A stretch of 64,000 nt of DNA from Klebsormidium nitens (taxonomy: Eukaryota; Plantae; Klebsormidiophyceae): the NCBI GenBank assembly GCA_000708835.1, contig DF237247.1, positions 1-64,000 on the forward strand, in the 5' to 3' direction. Numbering within the stretch: position 1 is the first letter of the stretch; every line of letters starts with the position of its first letter. A program made the translations under genes and the position numbers. Under the pieces are notes generated by a model that saw nothing but the letters and a program-made list of their open reading frames with translations, was not told where the DNA came from and ran no database searches. Positions 17,811 to 31,900 of the stretch are shown piece by piece.

Positions 17811-20800
17811 TCAGCTTTCAAAGCGCTCGTCCAGCGTGCCCTCTCCAATCAGCGTAATGACGCCCCCCCTCCCCTTCTCCACTCTTAAAATTAGACGCCT
17901 TGCGTACGGCTTGGATTCCTTTGGCGCAAATCGGACAGTTATTATTTGCGTTCGCGGGTGCCCGACGCCCCTCCCCTCTAGTTTCCCCGCCCGGGGCTCT
18001 ACAACGAATACATCCTGCTCGGACGGTGACGATTCGCCCCCGTCCGATCCACCGTCCACAAGCTGCCACGTGGCGTCCGCCTGGGTCGGGTTGCTGAGCG
18101 TGAAGGTGAGCGTGCGCTGCGCCTTGATGTGGACCTTGGAGGGGAAGGCGAGCGTACCGACGGAAGGCAGCAGTTCCGGCCGGATGAAGTCCGCGGAGAG
18201 CGGAAAGAGCTGCGAGGAAACGAGACGCGTCTGGGGTTTGGCATCGAAGGAATGGGTTCCGCTTCCGAATTACGCGCTTGCGATTTAATTGAACCCGGCT
18301 GGAAGACCGTAGAGTGTTCAAAAGAATGTTGAGCCGCTGAACGATCTGCGACTATTGGAAGCGGCCAACCGGGTTTGGAGCACTCCGTGAGCCTAAACTA
18401 GATTGCTTCCAAGTCGTGAAAGAAGCAGCTTAACGATTACTGAAGGCAAAGGAAGTGAATCGAAGAGCGGAAAGTCCTTCAGAGAAATTGCTGCGATCTG
18501 ATCGGGAATCTGAAGCCCCTTGGAAGTGTCAGCCCCTTAACTCGGCTACTCTGTGCAATATCGTCTCACTCAACGACCCCCGGTCTGGGACTGGGGATCT
18601 CAAGAGGATCTTGGAACTTTTACCTGCTCCGTTCCGTTCGAGAACGTCAAAAGTATAGACCCCTGGAAGGCGGAGTCCTCAGCGCTGTCTAGAGCGAATT
18701 CCGGTGGGCGGAAGCCCACTCTGATGGTGACGCTCTCCCTCGGCGGAACGTGGGCGGAAGAGACGGATGCCTGCAGGAGCCGCATCGAACATTGGGAATA
18801 ATGGTCGATACGGTTAATGTTTCGGAAAGATATTTTGAGTAAGAAGCAATACTGCTGTAACTGACACCTGGCAGGTGGTTCTTGATGGTACCAACAGGTC
18901 AATAACAAACTTGACTTTGCTCGGATCACGAATTGCGCATACGGCTTCCGTGAGTGCTTAGATTCCCCACACTGCTGCTCAGGCAGCTAATCAAATCTTT
19001 CCCCGTTACTTTTCTACGTCGCTTTTTGTGCACTCTTTCCTTCGCTTCCCATAAATCGCATCGAGTGGTCCTTCTTTGAGGACGATATCAGAGCGTTCCG
19101 CATTCATCCCGTCTTCGCGGTCCTCTATTTGCTTTACTGCAGGACTAAACTCCAAGACGGCAAAACTCAAAAGGGTATGACAAATCCCCTTCCCCGAGTT
19201 TCTTCGTTCGCTCGTCTCTCCGCGGTACTATATTTACCTTATCTTTCTATCGAAAGTGTACGTCTACCCTTGAACAACAGACTCTTGCTCTGATCGAACC
19301 TCTGGAGAGTACGTTCTATTCTTATCGTACTTAAGAAAGATAATTTTAAGCTCAGATGATGATAAGGTAACCGCATTGGGACGGGTAGGGTTAGACTGGG
19401 GGTCAGGGTGGGTAGGGGTGCGGAGCAGGTACTATTTTACGTTAGATTTGCAACATTAGTCGGAGCTTATAGATATCCTGGCTGATTAATGGTTATCTAA
19501 GTCTTATATGGTTTCATTTCTCGCCTGAGAAGACGCCAGCGACGCTTGCACGTCCTCAGCCAAAAAAGGCCCGGTCACATCCACGGTCACCGACACCGCA
19601 AACGGCTGCACGTTGCTGAACGTAACCGCCCGGGAAAACGTCTTCGCGCCGGGGGGATCCCCCGCAAAGCACGTGAAGTGCAACTGCTTCCGCCCCGATT
19701 CCAACCGCGGGACAGACCGGGAAGCTCTAAGAGTCACGCGCAGGGAGTCAAGAGTGGGCGGAAGCCTAGAGAATTGCGACCATACGCCGGGGGAAGGCTC
19801 GGATAGCGTATGGCGGCCGACGAGCAGAGCTTCGACGGTGCCGGGGTGAGGGGGTGAGAAGGTGAGAGTGACCGGGGCGGAGGACCGGGGGGCCAGCTCC
19901 TGTAAGGGAACAATGTACGACGGATTGTTGAGCTGAGCTGCAGATGGGCTGATTACGTCTTGTTGGCCTGACTGGGATTCTGCGCTTCGATAAATTGGTG
20001 AATGAGAATGTAATCAGAAGGATCGTGATTGCTTTATCGCAAAGCCTCACAAAGGGGGCTTCAATCATGACCCAACGGAAAATTGATGGCCGGCGAAGGA
20101 GCTTCCGAAAAGGATGGCGTTTCCGTGGTGAGAGTCAATCAACAGCAGGATGCAGATCCGACTGGACGCAACCAACATTATAAGAGAAATGAAAACTGCA
20201 CTACTTCGCATGAATTTGTCAGCCTACACACAATCCTGGCAAGTATCCAATTCGCAGCCCTCGACGTCTAACAACAACAAATGAATTGGATCCTTTACCT
20301 GAACTTTTGGGTCCACTTTAAAACAGCTCTCCCCCTCTCCCAGTTCTTCCATCCTCTCTTCCAGTCCCACTTTCACCCGCCCCTCCCCATCGACGCGCAT
20401 CTCGACGCGCGCGGGCGCCAAACCCCCAAACCCTGCGGGCCGCTCGAACGCCCACTCGACGCGCGCGCGCGCGGGCGACGGGTTCGTGACCCAGAAGGTT
20501 TGGGGTTCGGGCGAGGGCGCGAACGGCGCATCGGCCCACGCGACGCGCAGCGCGCGGCCCTCGCGGCTTGTGCGCGCGTATCCCTCTAGAAGTTTCCGGT
20601 CGCGGTGGAGGAAGAGGGGCGTCCCGGAAACGGCTAGGGTTACCGGGATCTCGGTCGGAGGAAAGTCGCCCACCTGATAATAGATAGATGGCAAAGGATA
20701 ACTGATATAGAAAGATGTGCAAAGTTGCTTTCAAGAAGGCCAGCGCTTCTTTCCGTTACAGCATCAGCATTAGAATCTCGTTACCCAAAGTAGTCGTAGT

Positions 20801-23800
20801 GAAACGGACGGTTCTTGAATGTGGGCTGTATGCGGCCCTGACAAAGCGGTCAGAAATTCAGATCGTAAAGCGAAAAGAAGCAACCTGACCTTCGAACTCC
20901 CATGGTTGAAAACGTCTGAAAGAAAGCCCATCCTGCACGTGTAAATCTCTGTCCGGTCGAGAAAGCCGTGCAGCCTTCCAGTTTGAATTTTGAGAGCACA
21001 ACCATCCAGGGCAAATGTTCCAAGTTAGCAGAGACAAAAAAGCCCGCAACGATTCCATCCGGAATAGAAACCGATCCATCCTGACTTTCAGGAACGTAGG
21101 TACATTGCCAATGCAAGTGCGCTTTTGACACCAAACTGATTTTGCATGTACCTGGCAGGTCAGCACATCCAAAAAGTGTCCGCAGACGCTCGAGAAGCAC
21201 GTCACGTCGCACTGCCACGTGGACCAGGGCTCGAGGGTTCCCTCCGGCGACGGCGTAACTGTCAGCACAGCGGGGCGGTCGCCGTCCAAGATCTGCTTCT
21301 CGCCCTTCTTCTCCTGACATGTGTCAAACCAAGAGCGACTCAGCATATGACGGACGGCAGTCAAGCAGTTCTTCATGATTGGAATGTAGATTATCATGAA
21401 GGACTGCTGTAATTCTTATTCTGATGTACCAGTATGTCGTATGTGCATTACCAAGACTGGACCAGACTTGCAAGCCGTGCATTTGCGCCGTTCTTGCAAG
21501 CATCAAGCGAGCGGTCGCCTTGTTTCAAAAGAATCTCTGTACTAATTATGAAAAGTGGGCCGGGCACTCTGCGACGGTCTATCTTTACGACTCCTCTTTA
21601 TGTGGATTTGAGAAGAGTCGAAGTCACCACACCAAGTTGAACAGAAGCTCAAACAGATCACTGAGATCTGGTCTAAACGAGTGCATAAGGTGAACTCTGG
21701 AGTTGACAAAATCCCTCGAGGGACCTCGCAGTCTGGTGCAGCGAACCTCAATGTGCGCGCAGATTGAGTTCAACTGTTGACGCGCGTCCTTACCTGTCGT
21801 TTCGTCAGCACAGTCTGCCCCAGTGACGAGCTGAAGTTCCGGGCAGTCTCATGGGCGTTTCCAAGTAGGGCCTTCTGGCCCTTCCTCTTCCCGGTGCTTT
21901 GCCCCGGGTCTCCGGACATCGTCACCCTTGATTTTGACACATCCAACGGCCAGGATCCGCTGCCCAGGCTGCTCTGTCCGCTAGCCAATCCGCCGGCGGA
22001 ATGCACGCTTCCGGCGTTCGAGAAAAGCAGTCCGCTGGAAAGAAGCGTTCCGCTCGAGATGGAAGAACCCATGTGGAGCAGGCGGACGGAAATCGGAGCA
22101 CGCACCCCGCTGTGGTTCTTCACGACCAGAGTGAGCGTCTTCCGCTCGCCGATCGACAGAGCGGAAGCGAAGTCCAAGCGCGCCGGAACGCTGGCTAGCG
22201 GCTCCGACCGACTGGGCCCCGGTTGATCCTCGGTGACTAGAAGCTCCACCTTCTTTTCCGCTAACGAGTGCCCGGAATCCAGAGCAGGCTCTCCGGAGGA
22301 TTCCGTTCCAGACAGCGGATCTGTGCTGTCCCCGTCACTGACCTCGGCGGTTCCGCGGGGTTCCGCCACGGAGTCCGCTCCGGAGGCTTCCGCTGCGGCC
22401 GGTAGTATTGGCTGCGGGCCGGCTCCGTTCTCCAGAGGCGACTCTTGTGTCGGCTCTGGTAGGGGCAACCCCGCCACTCCGCCTTGTGCCGTTCCGCTGT
22501 CTTCCGTTCCGCACCTTATACCGCTGTCTTCAGTATGGCGCCCCGTCCCGTCACGACCACATCTGGCTGAAATACCATTCTCGATCACGGGGGTCTTCGC
22601 AGAGTCTGTTCCCCCATTGAGCGTCGCCCCCCCGAGCACCTCAAAGGAAAAGCGCAGCCCCTGGACCTTGGCCAGAATCCGCAGCGCCAACGGAACGTCC
22701 GCTCCCGGAACGTCGCACGCCAGTATTTTCTCCACGGAGCTCCCCAACTTTCCAGTAGGCAGAGCGGAATCCGCCCCGCCGGCCGGCTCCCGCACCGGGC
22801 TGATTCTAACTAGCAGTTCCTGCCGTCCCTTTGCTGGGATCCGCCCAATTTGCGGCACAACCGAGACTTCTAAAGATTCCGAGGGGTCGCCTAACATTTC
22901 CGGCGCCCACGCAAAGTCCGCCGGAATTGCGGAAAGGTTCAGCAGGACGAGGTTCCGTTCGAGCGGCATGTTGACGAAGCACGTACCCAAGTCGAGCTCC
23001 GAACGGTCGAGCACGACACGTGGCGCGACGACAGTGGCGGTGGCTAGGATGTGCTTCACTTCCGTTCCGCTTCCGTTTAAGCTCATAGCACTTGCGCCAG
23101 ACTCCGAATCGTCTCCCGAGACCGGTCCGGAGCGGAGCTCCAAAACCATTTGCAGGGGTTGACAATGGGCCGGGCTAAACGAAATGAGGACCCTGGTGGA
23201 AGATTCTGCGCCGAGAAACCCGGAAGACGGGCTGATCTCGAGCACGTGGGGAGACACAAACTCGCCAAAGGTAGACTTGACAGAAGTGGCGCGCTCTAGA
23301 CTTCGGCAGAACGAGGGCGAAGGGCCCCAACTAGATTCCGCTCCTCTCGACATTTCCGGTTCGGTTCCGCCCAACAATGAACCATCCGCTCTATCTCTTA
23401 CACTCTCTGCCCCTGTTTTTGCTCTGTCTGCAATTGTTGACTCTTCGTCTGAGGGCTCCGATTCCGTATCTCGCGCTGCGGGAACCCCTTCCGCTTCCGT
23501 TCCCACAGTCGCATCTGATTCGGTTTCCGGTTCCGTTCTCCCTGCAGCTGACACCTCTAGTTGTCTAATTGATTGCTGCCGTGCGAGTTGCTCTCGACTT
23601 GCAGTTCCGGCTTCCAATTGCGCTTCCGCTATCTGCTCAACTGCCCACCTGGCCGGAACGCCGGAATCGTTCCGCACGACCACCTCTATCTGCGCCACGT
23701 GTCCCCTCTCCACCAGCCCAAACTCCGCGGCCGCCTGATCGAAGCGCACGGCGGGCGCGACCGCGCGGCCGCGCGCGCGCAACCGAAGCGGCCCCCCAAA

Positions 23801-26800
23801 GAAGTTGTCGAGCCGACATTCGAAACCGGCGTCGAACGGCCCCAGGTGGCGGGCCGTCACCTCGACTTCGACGAACAGCTCTTCGAAAGGCGGAACCGTC
23901 CCTTCTCGCGGCGAAAAAGAAACGGACGGCCGACAGAACGCATCACCGCTTGCGATTGTGACGTCACAACCCGGCCGCGCTCCAGAATTCCTTAAGTCTG
24001 GCCCTCTTCTCAGCACCCCGCCCTCTCCAGGGCCAGATTCCGCTCCAGGACCGGATTCCGCCCACGAAAAGCGCGCCGCTGCCGCGCTCTTGTTGCTGAG
24101 CGTCACCGTCTGCCTGTACGCCTGACCAATCAACATTTCCCCTGGGAATGCCAAAACCTCTGGTGTCAATTCCACCGCTATGAACGCCCCCACGCCGCCT
24201 AACACTAGCTCCGAAGTTGTGACCGGTCCCCCACCATTATCCGCTGAAACGGCCGCGTAAGACGCAGCCGTTCTGTCCTTTCTACTGGCCAACCGCTCAA
24301 GCCTGCCGGTTCCGCTCCTGCTCAGCGGATTCCGCCGTGCACTCAGGGAAGAAGATAGTGTGCTATTCTGCTCTTGCCTCTCCCCAAAAGAGCTCAAAGT
24401 TGCGCCAAAATTTGCCCCCCCGGCATAATTTACACGCCGAGTGTCGACTTCGAACCGAGCGGTGGCTTGGAGAAGATCGACCCGGTCCGGTGCAAACGTC
24501 AGCACAAACTCCGCTCGGGAGTCCGCCCTGATCACAGTTTCAGTCGGCTCAACCGTGAACACTGGGCCGCTCCGTTCCGCTACGGTTTTGCCGGAAGAGC
24601 TGCCGCTGCAACGCCTCCCGACCCTTCCTCCTCCCGAAGCACTTTCCGCCCCCTGGCTGGCCCCCCTCACCCCGCTGACGTCTGCATACGTCAGACGCAT
24701 CTCTTCTAGCTCGTCGTTCACCGCGGCCAGTTCACACCGGACCGGGACATCCAGAGCCGTCCGATTCTCCACGGTGACCGTCCGATGGAGAGGCGCCCCT
24801 GGGGGAGTGGCCTCGAACCACACCCCTTGCTGGAGCTCCCCTTCTCCCACTCCTCGGCCATCGATCTCTGCCACGTGTACGTCCAGGATAGCGCCCCGCC
24901 CCACCACTTCCAGCGTCTGCGACCGGCAATTGTCGCACGCGAGCTGGAGGGATTCTCGAAACTGGTCCTCACTGTGAGGGTTAAAAGTGACCGTTATCGT
25001 GGCTGCCTCCGATTGGCCGAGGCGGAAAGACGCCGGAAAGAGTGTGAACGGGCCCCACTGAGCCGTCAGGGGACCGTCTTCCAGGCCTTTCTGCAAGCCC
25101 TCGGGGCCATTCACACCGGGAACTGCTCTTGTAACCGATGCTGAAGCAATCTCGTTCTCGTTGCCTGATCGAGCTGAGGTATCTCCACACGTTGTTTCTG
25201 CCCTGCCGTTTTCCGTTCCCCCGTCTGTTTCCGTTCCGTTCTCGTTCCGTCCCACCTCACTTTCCTCCGCCCTGCGCCACTGCTGGACGCCGTCCGCTGT
25301 TTCCGTTCCGTCCGGCACGAAGCTCAGCCGGAACGCGCCCGGTCCGCCGGAATTGCGGAACGGAAACTTGAGCACCGACGTGTGGTCAACCAGGCACGCC
25401 CCGCAGTCGAGGACCGCGGGCAGCGTCAGTACCGGGGGATCCCTCCGGGCGTAGAGCGCCACGTGGAATGACGTCAGGTCGCTTTGGACGGTGACGTAGT
25501 CGGTGACGTCAGCCAGGGTTTTGGGGGCGAAGGAAACGGTGACGGTGCAGTGCATACCGGGGGCGATGAGGCCGGCAGGGGTGGGGAAGTGGGGGAGCGA
25601 GACGGCAAAGAGGCCGGAGGACGGGGGGAGAACCCTGAAAAACAGATAATGAACAGTTAGTAAGAATGAATGGTCGGTGGAAAAAAGCGGTCGTCTGTGT
25701 GGCTAGGACAGCGACAGAAGATTGACACTTGACGTGGCAGATCTGGCTATGCGGCAGACACTCCAGATTTGACAACACAGATCTGAAGCTCACGATGGTG
25801 CTATAAAGGCTGATGGGAAAGTCCTGAACAAGAAGCGGTTGATAGTTTCCCTTAAATTGTTCTTGACGGAAAGCGGGAAACGACTGACGGGGCAGATTTG
25901 GCTTCACGACAGGAGGATTTTGAGCATCCGACTAGAAAGATGTAATGCTCTCAAAAAACCCAGAACCACTTGACTTTTGGAAGCGCAAAAACGAGCAACC
26001 GTGCAGCGTCCAGAGAACGTGCGAGCAGTGATGAGAAACCGTCAGACATCTACAGTGACCGAGTCGATCCTGTTTCCATGGTTCGTTCGGCGTAAAGCTA
26101 ATAAAAGCATGAGGAATCTGCGGAATACCAAGGCTTTTCTCCTGTATCTTGAGTAGGTGAAAAGCGACCGTTTGACAGAAGTTCCTTCTTCCGCAACTAC
26201 CACAATGCACCAGCCATACGCGCTCACCTCACGCGCCGGCTAATGCTGCTGACGTTATGGATCTCGAGCGTCTGCTCGTAGATCTTTCCGGCATCGTAGT
26301 CGCTGAATTGTACCGAAGACGGCGCCACAACAAGCTCGGTTCCCGGAAGGCTGGTCGCGTTGGCCTTGCTAGGCACAGGCTTTAGGGTCTGCATCGAAGA
26401 AGAGTGTTTTTGAGTTTGGCAGCTTGGATGCGGAATAGGTGTGGCTGAAATAGGTTTGAAGAGGGCGCCACAACAAGCTCGGTTCCCGGAAGACTGCTCG
26501 CATTTGCCTTGCTAGGCACAGGCTTCAGGGTCTGCATCGCAGAAAATTGCTCTTTGATGTCGGCGCTTCCAACGCAATTTAGTAGTTGGCTTCAGCTTTT
26601 GGCGGACCCATGCGCTTCAGCCAAAACGTACCGTTATTGTTATTGAGCTACCATCTGTTCACCTCAGCAGGCTTGGTCATCTCTTCTCCATTGCCGAAAC
26701 TGAGAAGCACCACCATTTCTAAGTCCGCGTCAATCGCAGTCCTCAAGACCACTCAGAAGGCTTCAGGGTGGCCGGGTGGCCCCCAAAATACAGAGCGATT

Positions 26801-29242
26801 GCGCATTCGATTTTAAAAGGAAGTGTGCCTGCGTGTACTCATTTCGGATGAGGGAGGCTGGATATCTAAGAGATTCGAGGAGTGACCGTGTAACCTCGGA
26901 TCACACCAGCTCATTTCGCCTTCCTTCCCTTTCATGTCAGTTTGCTGTTCAAGGGGCCCCAATGACTCAACGGATAGCAGTATGACTGCCTCTTTGGAAC
27001 CGAGTGAGACACGTGTTTCAAGTCGCGAGTTTTGGGATCGTGTGCCTTCTCAATCGGAGGCGACTCGGGTCAAAGCTGGGTATTGCTAAACCGCCGATAG
27101 CTTGAACTTCGTCGGCGAACTTCCGTCTGTTGGCAATCTTCTACTTTCCAACTCCGGCCAACTCTTTTGGACTCCGGAAGAAACTGTTTAGGAACCTATT
27201 CTGAGATCCCTCCAACAAGTGGCCAAACATATTGAGAGCTACAATGTCCATTTTGCCACAGGGGACCTCAAATCAAATCTGTTTGCAACGTTTTCTAATC
27301 GGGGAGTACAAACACTTTGAATTGGCACTCGACATCCTATCTCTTGTGCCGAGACCTTACCAGCGTATCCATTCGGTATCGTGGGTTCGGCAGATACTGC
27401 ATCTTCCCCGTGAGCCCTTCCAGGATGTGCCGCTTTAGTTCCTTTTCCACCCGGGTCCTCCCAAGCTGCTCCGGGCGCGCGTCGCTCAGCTTAGCGGACC
27501 TGAGTGTCGGGTCGGTAGAGGACTCCCGACCGCTTAGGAGGCTGTTCTTGCCATTGGCGGTAGCGCCGGCCTTGGGGTCTCGTGTTCTGTGAGGGAGAAG
27601 AAACTTAAGGGGAGTGTCCTTACAAGCTCTAGGGTGATTTTCGGCTGCAGCTTGGAGTTCTCACGCTGGACCCACCTTTCCAAAATCCGAGATTGTGATC
27701 GAGTCCTGGCGCAAGATATCATTGTAGGGGCTTGCTTGTCAGTTGTGAGTCCTGCAGAATCTCCTTGCGTATTGGCGGACGGCTCTACAATTGTAATGCA
27801 AAAGAGCATGCTTCCAAAGCGTCAAAGAGACTCTGTGGTTCAAGCAGGAGGCCTAATGACTCTCAAGTGAATGCAACTCAGAAACGGACCTTCCCTTTGT
27901 GTACTGCCCTGATCCTACTTGTTTGAAGCACAGTTCAAGTGATGAGCATGTAATTCTAAGATACTACAATCCCGAGATTTGGAAAAAGGAATAATCCTAC
28001 AAATGGTATCTTTCCAGTAGATGCCACTTACTCAGAACATCCTCTCTCCTTCTCTACTTTGTCAGTGACAAAGCCAATCGCTTGTTGATAACCTGCCCTT
28101 ACCACCTTCTTAGATGCATTTTGCAGTCGTCTTGTCAATTTACCACAAAGAATTGCACTGCAACTATATTCCAAGTATCTAACGTTTACGTTTGCCCATC
28201 CCGTCAGCTTGAGCTTGTTATCCTTTTTGTACCCACTGTTCCAGGATTACCACCTTCCAATTGGGCTTGTTGACACTTACCTCTTACTGAGACTGGCTCC
28301 TAGTGTGGCCGCTCTCCCCAGCGTAATCTTCTGCCGCACGGCTAAGTTGACCGTCGTCTTCAAATATCCCTTTGCATTTACATCCAAATACTCCAAAGTC
28401 CTCGGAGGCATCTGCGCTTGCTCCTCCATCTCCTTTTCCCTCTCCAGTATCTCCTTTGGGTCAAGCAAACCATCCTCCGCTAACCTCACCCGGTCAACGA
28501 CCAGCCGCGAAGGTTGCATCGGCAGACCCGTTTTCCTGTGGTTCGGAGTGAAGACAGCATCGTCGTCTAGCAATTGGGCCTCGTCCGCTTCCTTGGACTG
28601 TATAAGCTGCCGCTCAAGATAGCTTATGAGCTCGGTGCCATGCTGCACTGACTCTTGACACTCTAGCTCAATCTTTGCAGATTTCTCGCCGTTGGGCCCA
28701 CTTCTCTTCTTGAACGAATCACTCTGCCCCATTTGCTCAGCCCCAGCTTTATCCTCTACCGTACTTCCATTCTGGCTGGAAAGCTGGCCCGCTGAATCAG
28801 CGGAACCCGCGCTGACGTCAGCATGCCCTGTGCTGACGTCAGCTGCTGTAGTGCTTGGCGCCGGCTCTTGTTTCTGAGCTCCTGGCTTGGTGCCCCCTTT
28901 GCTCCCCGGTCGAGAACTAGGCGCGGCCCCTTTTGCAGTCACCTTGGCGGACTTTTGCCTGGTCAGCGGAGGCTGCTCCATGCCCTTTGCCAGCAATACT
29001 TGCTCCAATTCTGAAGAGGTCTCCCCAGGATTGGTGTTGATGGGTGGAAGCTGCTCAGAAGAGACTACAGCAGCTTCCTTTTCTTTGTTCTCCGGAAGTG
29101 GGGTGCTTGGGTAAAGTGAAGGGAAAGCGCTCTCCAGAAGAGCGGCGATGGCCCCAGGGACTGGCAGCTTTGTGCTGAGCTGAATCAGAGGCAGCTTGGT
29201 GGTTTCCAGCTCAAGCAATACAGCTGGGCCACCTTCCGCCAT
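17811..29242 (-). CDS. DLEC1: DLEC1/CFAP81-like ciliary central-apparatus protein, multi-exon
   Basis: IAALLESAFPSLY; MQYLPNPRY; VQFSDYDAGKIYEQTLEIHNVSSISRRVRVLPPSS...GLIAPGMHCTVTVSFAP...ARRDPPVLTLPAVLDCGACLV; C-terminus LIGEGTLDERFES*. One ~3.8-kb exon (~21794-25640). Confidence 0.9.
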
Positions 29243-29939
29243 GGTTGCTGCCAGTGATTAGTCGAAAATATTCATCTGCTCAAGCCATGGAAAGAAGCAC
29301 CCCTAATCCATCTTACCGGTCCCAATCAAGATGCCAGCTAGAGGGGCGTGGGCTGCGCAGTGACGCCGGACACATTCATCATTTTCGGAACACCGTGATG
29401 TCGTCTTATCGTCCAGGAATGCAACTAGGGAGCATAAAAATTTGAATTGAACAGTGTCTGAGAAGCAGCTTGGCAGCCCCGATTTAAAACCGGCAGAAGC
29501 CCTGCGCTTGATGGCTGCAAATGCTCGGTCAGAATGCTGCAGCGCGCTCATGCACGTTCGACAGTCGACTGTCGCAATGTATCAATGTGAATGAAGGAAC
29601 TTTTCAGTGGATCAATTGAAACGTCATCGTAGCGGTTGAAATCGAGGCAGGCTGCGTTAGGACCGTCGATATAAGAGTCCGCGCGAGCTGAAACTGTTGC
29701 GGGTCTGCCGGCGCGGCGGCGGCCGGCCCGGGCCTCGATCGCCCGCTTTAAGTTTAATTCAAGTTTGTCGAGATGGGACGTATGGGTGGCGGTTCAAGTG
29801 GACCGCGTATTAGGAGGACCGCCATCGAGGGTAGAAAAACGCCCAAGCGCCCGGTCGGATCAATCGGACGGCGCAAGGTCGAAAAGTTGCTGTGTGCCGG
29901 ACACACGCCGGAAGCCAATCATGTATCAACACATATGTC

Positions 29940-31900
29940 GCGCTCAGAGCCGCTGGCTTCTTGGTAACTTCTTTCGGAGCACCTGACTGTTCGAATGTCC
30001 TCATATATATGAGCACATATGCCCCATTTTTGGTCCCCAATCACATCGAATCTGGGGCCCAAACTGCAACAGCAGCCATGTGGTGCACTCCCCTGCTTTC
30101 ATCTCTTCCTGTAATCCTGTCCATTCAAAAGAGCTCCCAAAGTTGCCCAAACGTACAAGCCCTCTGAGTCTCAGATAGACTACGGCCCTCCAGGTAGGAC
30201 TCGGCAAGAAGCTCGCAACTTGTCTGAAGTGGAGCCTAAAGTTCCAAGGTTTCCTCAGGATCAAAGCTGAGCCGAAGCCACACTAACGTGGCCCTTGTAC
30301 GAACCTGCTCTTCAGAATACACCACATTTACTGAACTGCTTACCACTTTGGCTCCCATTGGGACGCCAAGATGGGACCTTTTACCGCCAAGAGGTCCAGC
30401 GCTTTCTTAGCTCCTGTCAGGCTGGCGTTGCTTCTGGTGTCTCTGGTTCTGCTGAGCCCTTTTGCAGCGGGGGCGCCTCAGCCGTTTGACAGATTGGGAG
30501 CTGGAAGCCGGCGGGAGATCATTGCTGCGAACTCCTTCCTTTCCTCGTAAGTTGCTTGCTTTTATGACGGAAAGAAAAGCGGAGGATCAGGAGGTTGAGC
30601 AAAGTTCAGTAGTCAGAGCTTTGGGACTTGAACTAGAATGCTTTTAAATGGAAACAATGTGAACATTGTGAAAGATCAGATCTGTTGCTGATGTATTTCA
30701 GTGGTAAAAGACGTCACTGTTTCAGCTGGGCGACGATCTAAATAGTAAGTGCTTTTGATCTTGATGTCAACATGGTTCAACTGCAAAGCTTTGTGCCTGG
30801 AAGCCTTTTTCCATTTGACCTTTGCAGTCTGATGTCATACTGTCAGCTGATACCACGTCTTCATTGAACGAGCTCAACGTTGGTATACCTGTCACAACCA
30901 ATGACTTTTTCCACAACCGTGATTTAAATTTCTACAGCAGCGACCAACTTTTCAGCTCGTCTTGCTGGTGCTCATAGCCAGCTTCAAAACCAAACGTAGT
31001 GGTAAGCTCGGATGAATGTGGTCATGACTTTTACACTGTCATGGCTGCAGTACTTTGCTTGAACTAGCTTGAATATGCTTTCAAGCTCTAAGGTTCTTTG
31101 TTGCTTGAAGACAGCGCTCAAGCTGCCTCACGCAATGTTAGCGCTAGAATCTCCGATCCCAAAGTTTACCTTGGTGCTGTCCTTCACTGTTTCTCTTTCC
31201 TTATACTGGAGCATTGGCAACATTGTTAGGTTCTGATTCCTTTGAAGTTTTGGGTCTATATGATTCCTCCCATTCTCCTAATTCTAAACAGCAAGTGGTG
31301 TTGAAAATATGTCTGGTTTCAAGCAGACTGTCCCAGTATGGTTGGCTGGGCCGTAGCTGTTTCGAGTTTGCCAAAGCACCTTCGAATGAAGGCCCCATTG
31401 CTGAGCCTCCAAGTTCTGCCTCCATAGCAATGAACCCACTGCCTGAATGGTATTCTGATCTAAATCAAACGATCTATTTTGTGCACTTGAGCAACTGGCT
31501 TCTCAAGAGTCTGACTGGCTTTCTTGTTTTTCCCATTTTACCTGATTGCCTCAGCATGTTTAGAGCCCTGACCTCTGTAATAGAAGGGGGGGCGCAAAAA
31601 CAAGCTTCCCCTCCACCAGCTTGGGAGTTGACAAACGGACCTGATCAGGGGCTCTCCTCCAAAGCTCTACTGTACCTTGACCTATATAACCCAGCCTTAC
31701 ATCATGGTCGGTATTTGTGTTAACCTGCACTTTGTCCTCCTTTTGTCCATATACATAAAGTGCCTTAAGTGTGTCCAGAAAGCCGTTTTTTTGTGATATG
31801 GATCTTATCCATCGATTTTGTTGTGCGTTGTCATTGAACTGTGCCAAAAAGAGACTGGATCGCTTCCGAGGCAGTCCTCAGGTGCTGCTTGTATCTTAAG
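29940..31900 (-). pseudogene. Decayed, apparently intronless reading frame of unknown origin
   Basis: Long protein-like stretches broken by TGA/TAA/TAG, e.g. NFGIGDSSANIA*GSLSAVFKQQRTLELESIFKLVQAKY and ELF*MDRITG...NGAYVLIYMR. Confidence 0.35.

Noticed and set aside
22233-23738. Long plus-strand ORFs (309 aa, 184 aa)
   Set aside because: Antisense shadows of the GC-rich DLEC1 exon.
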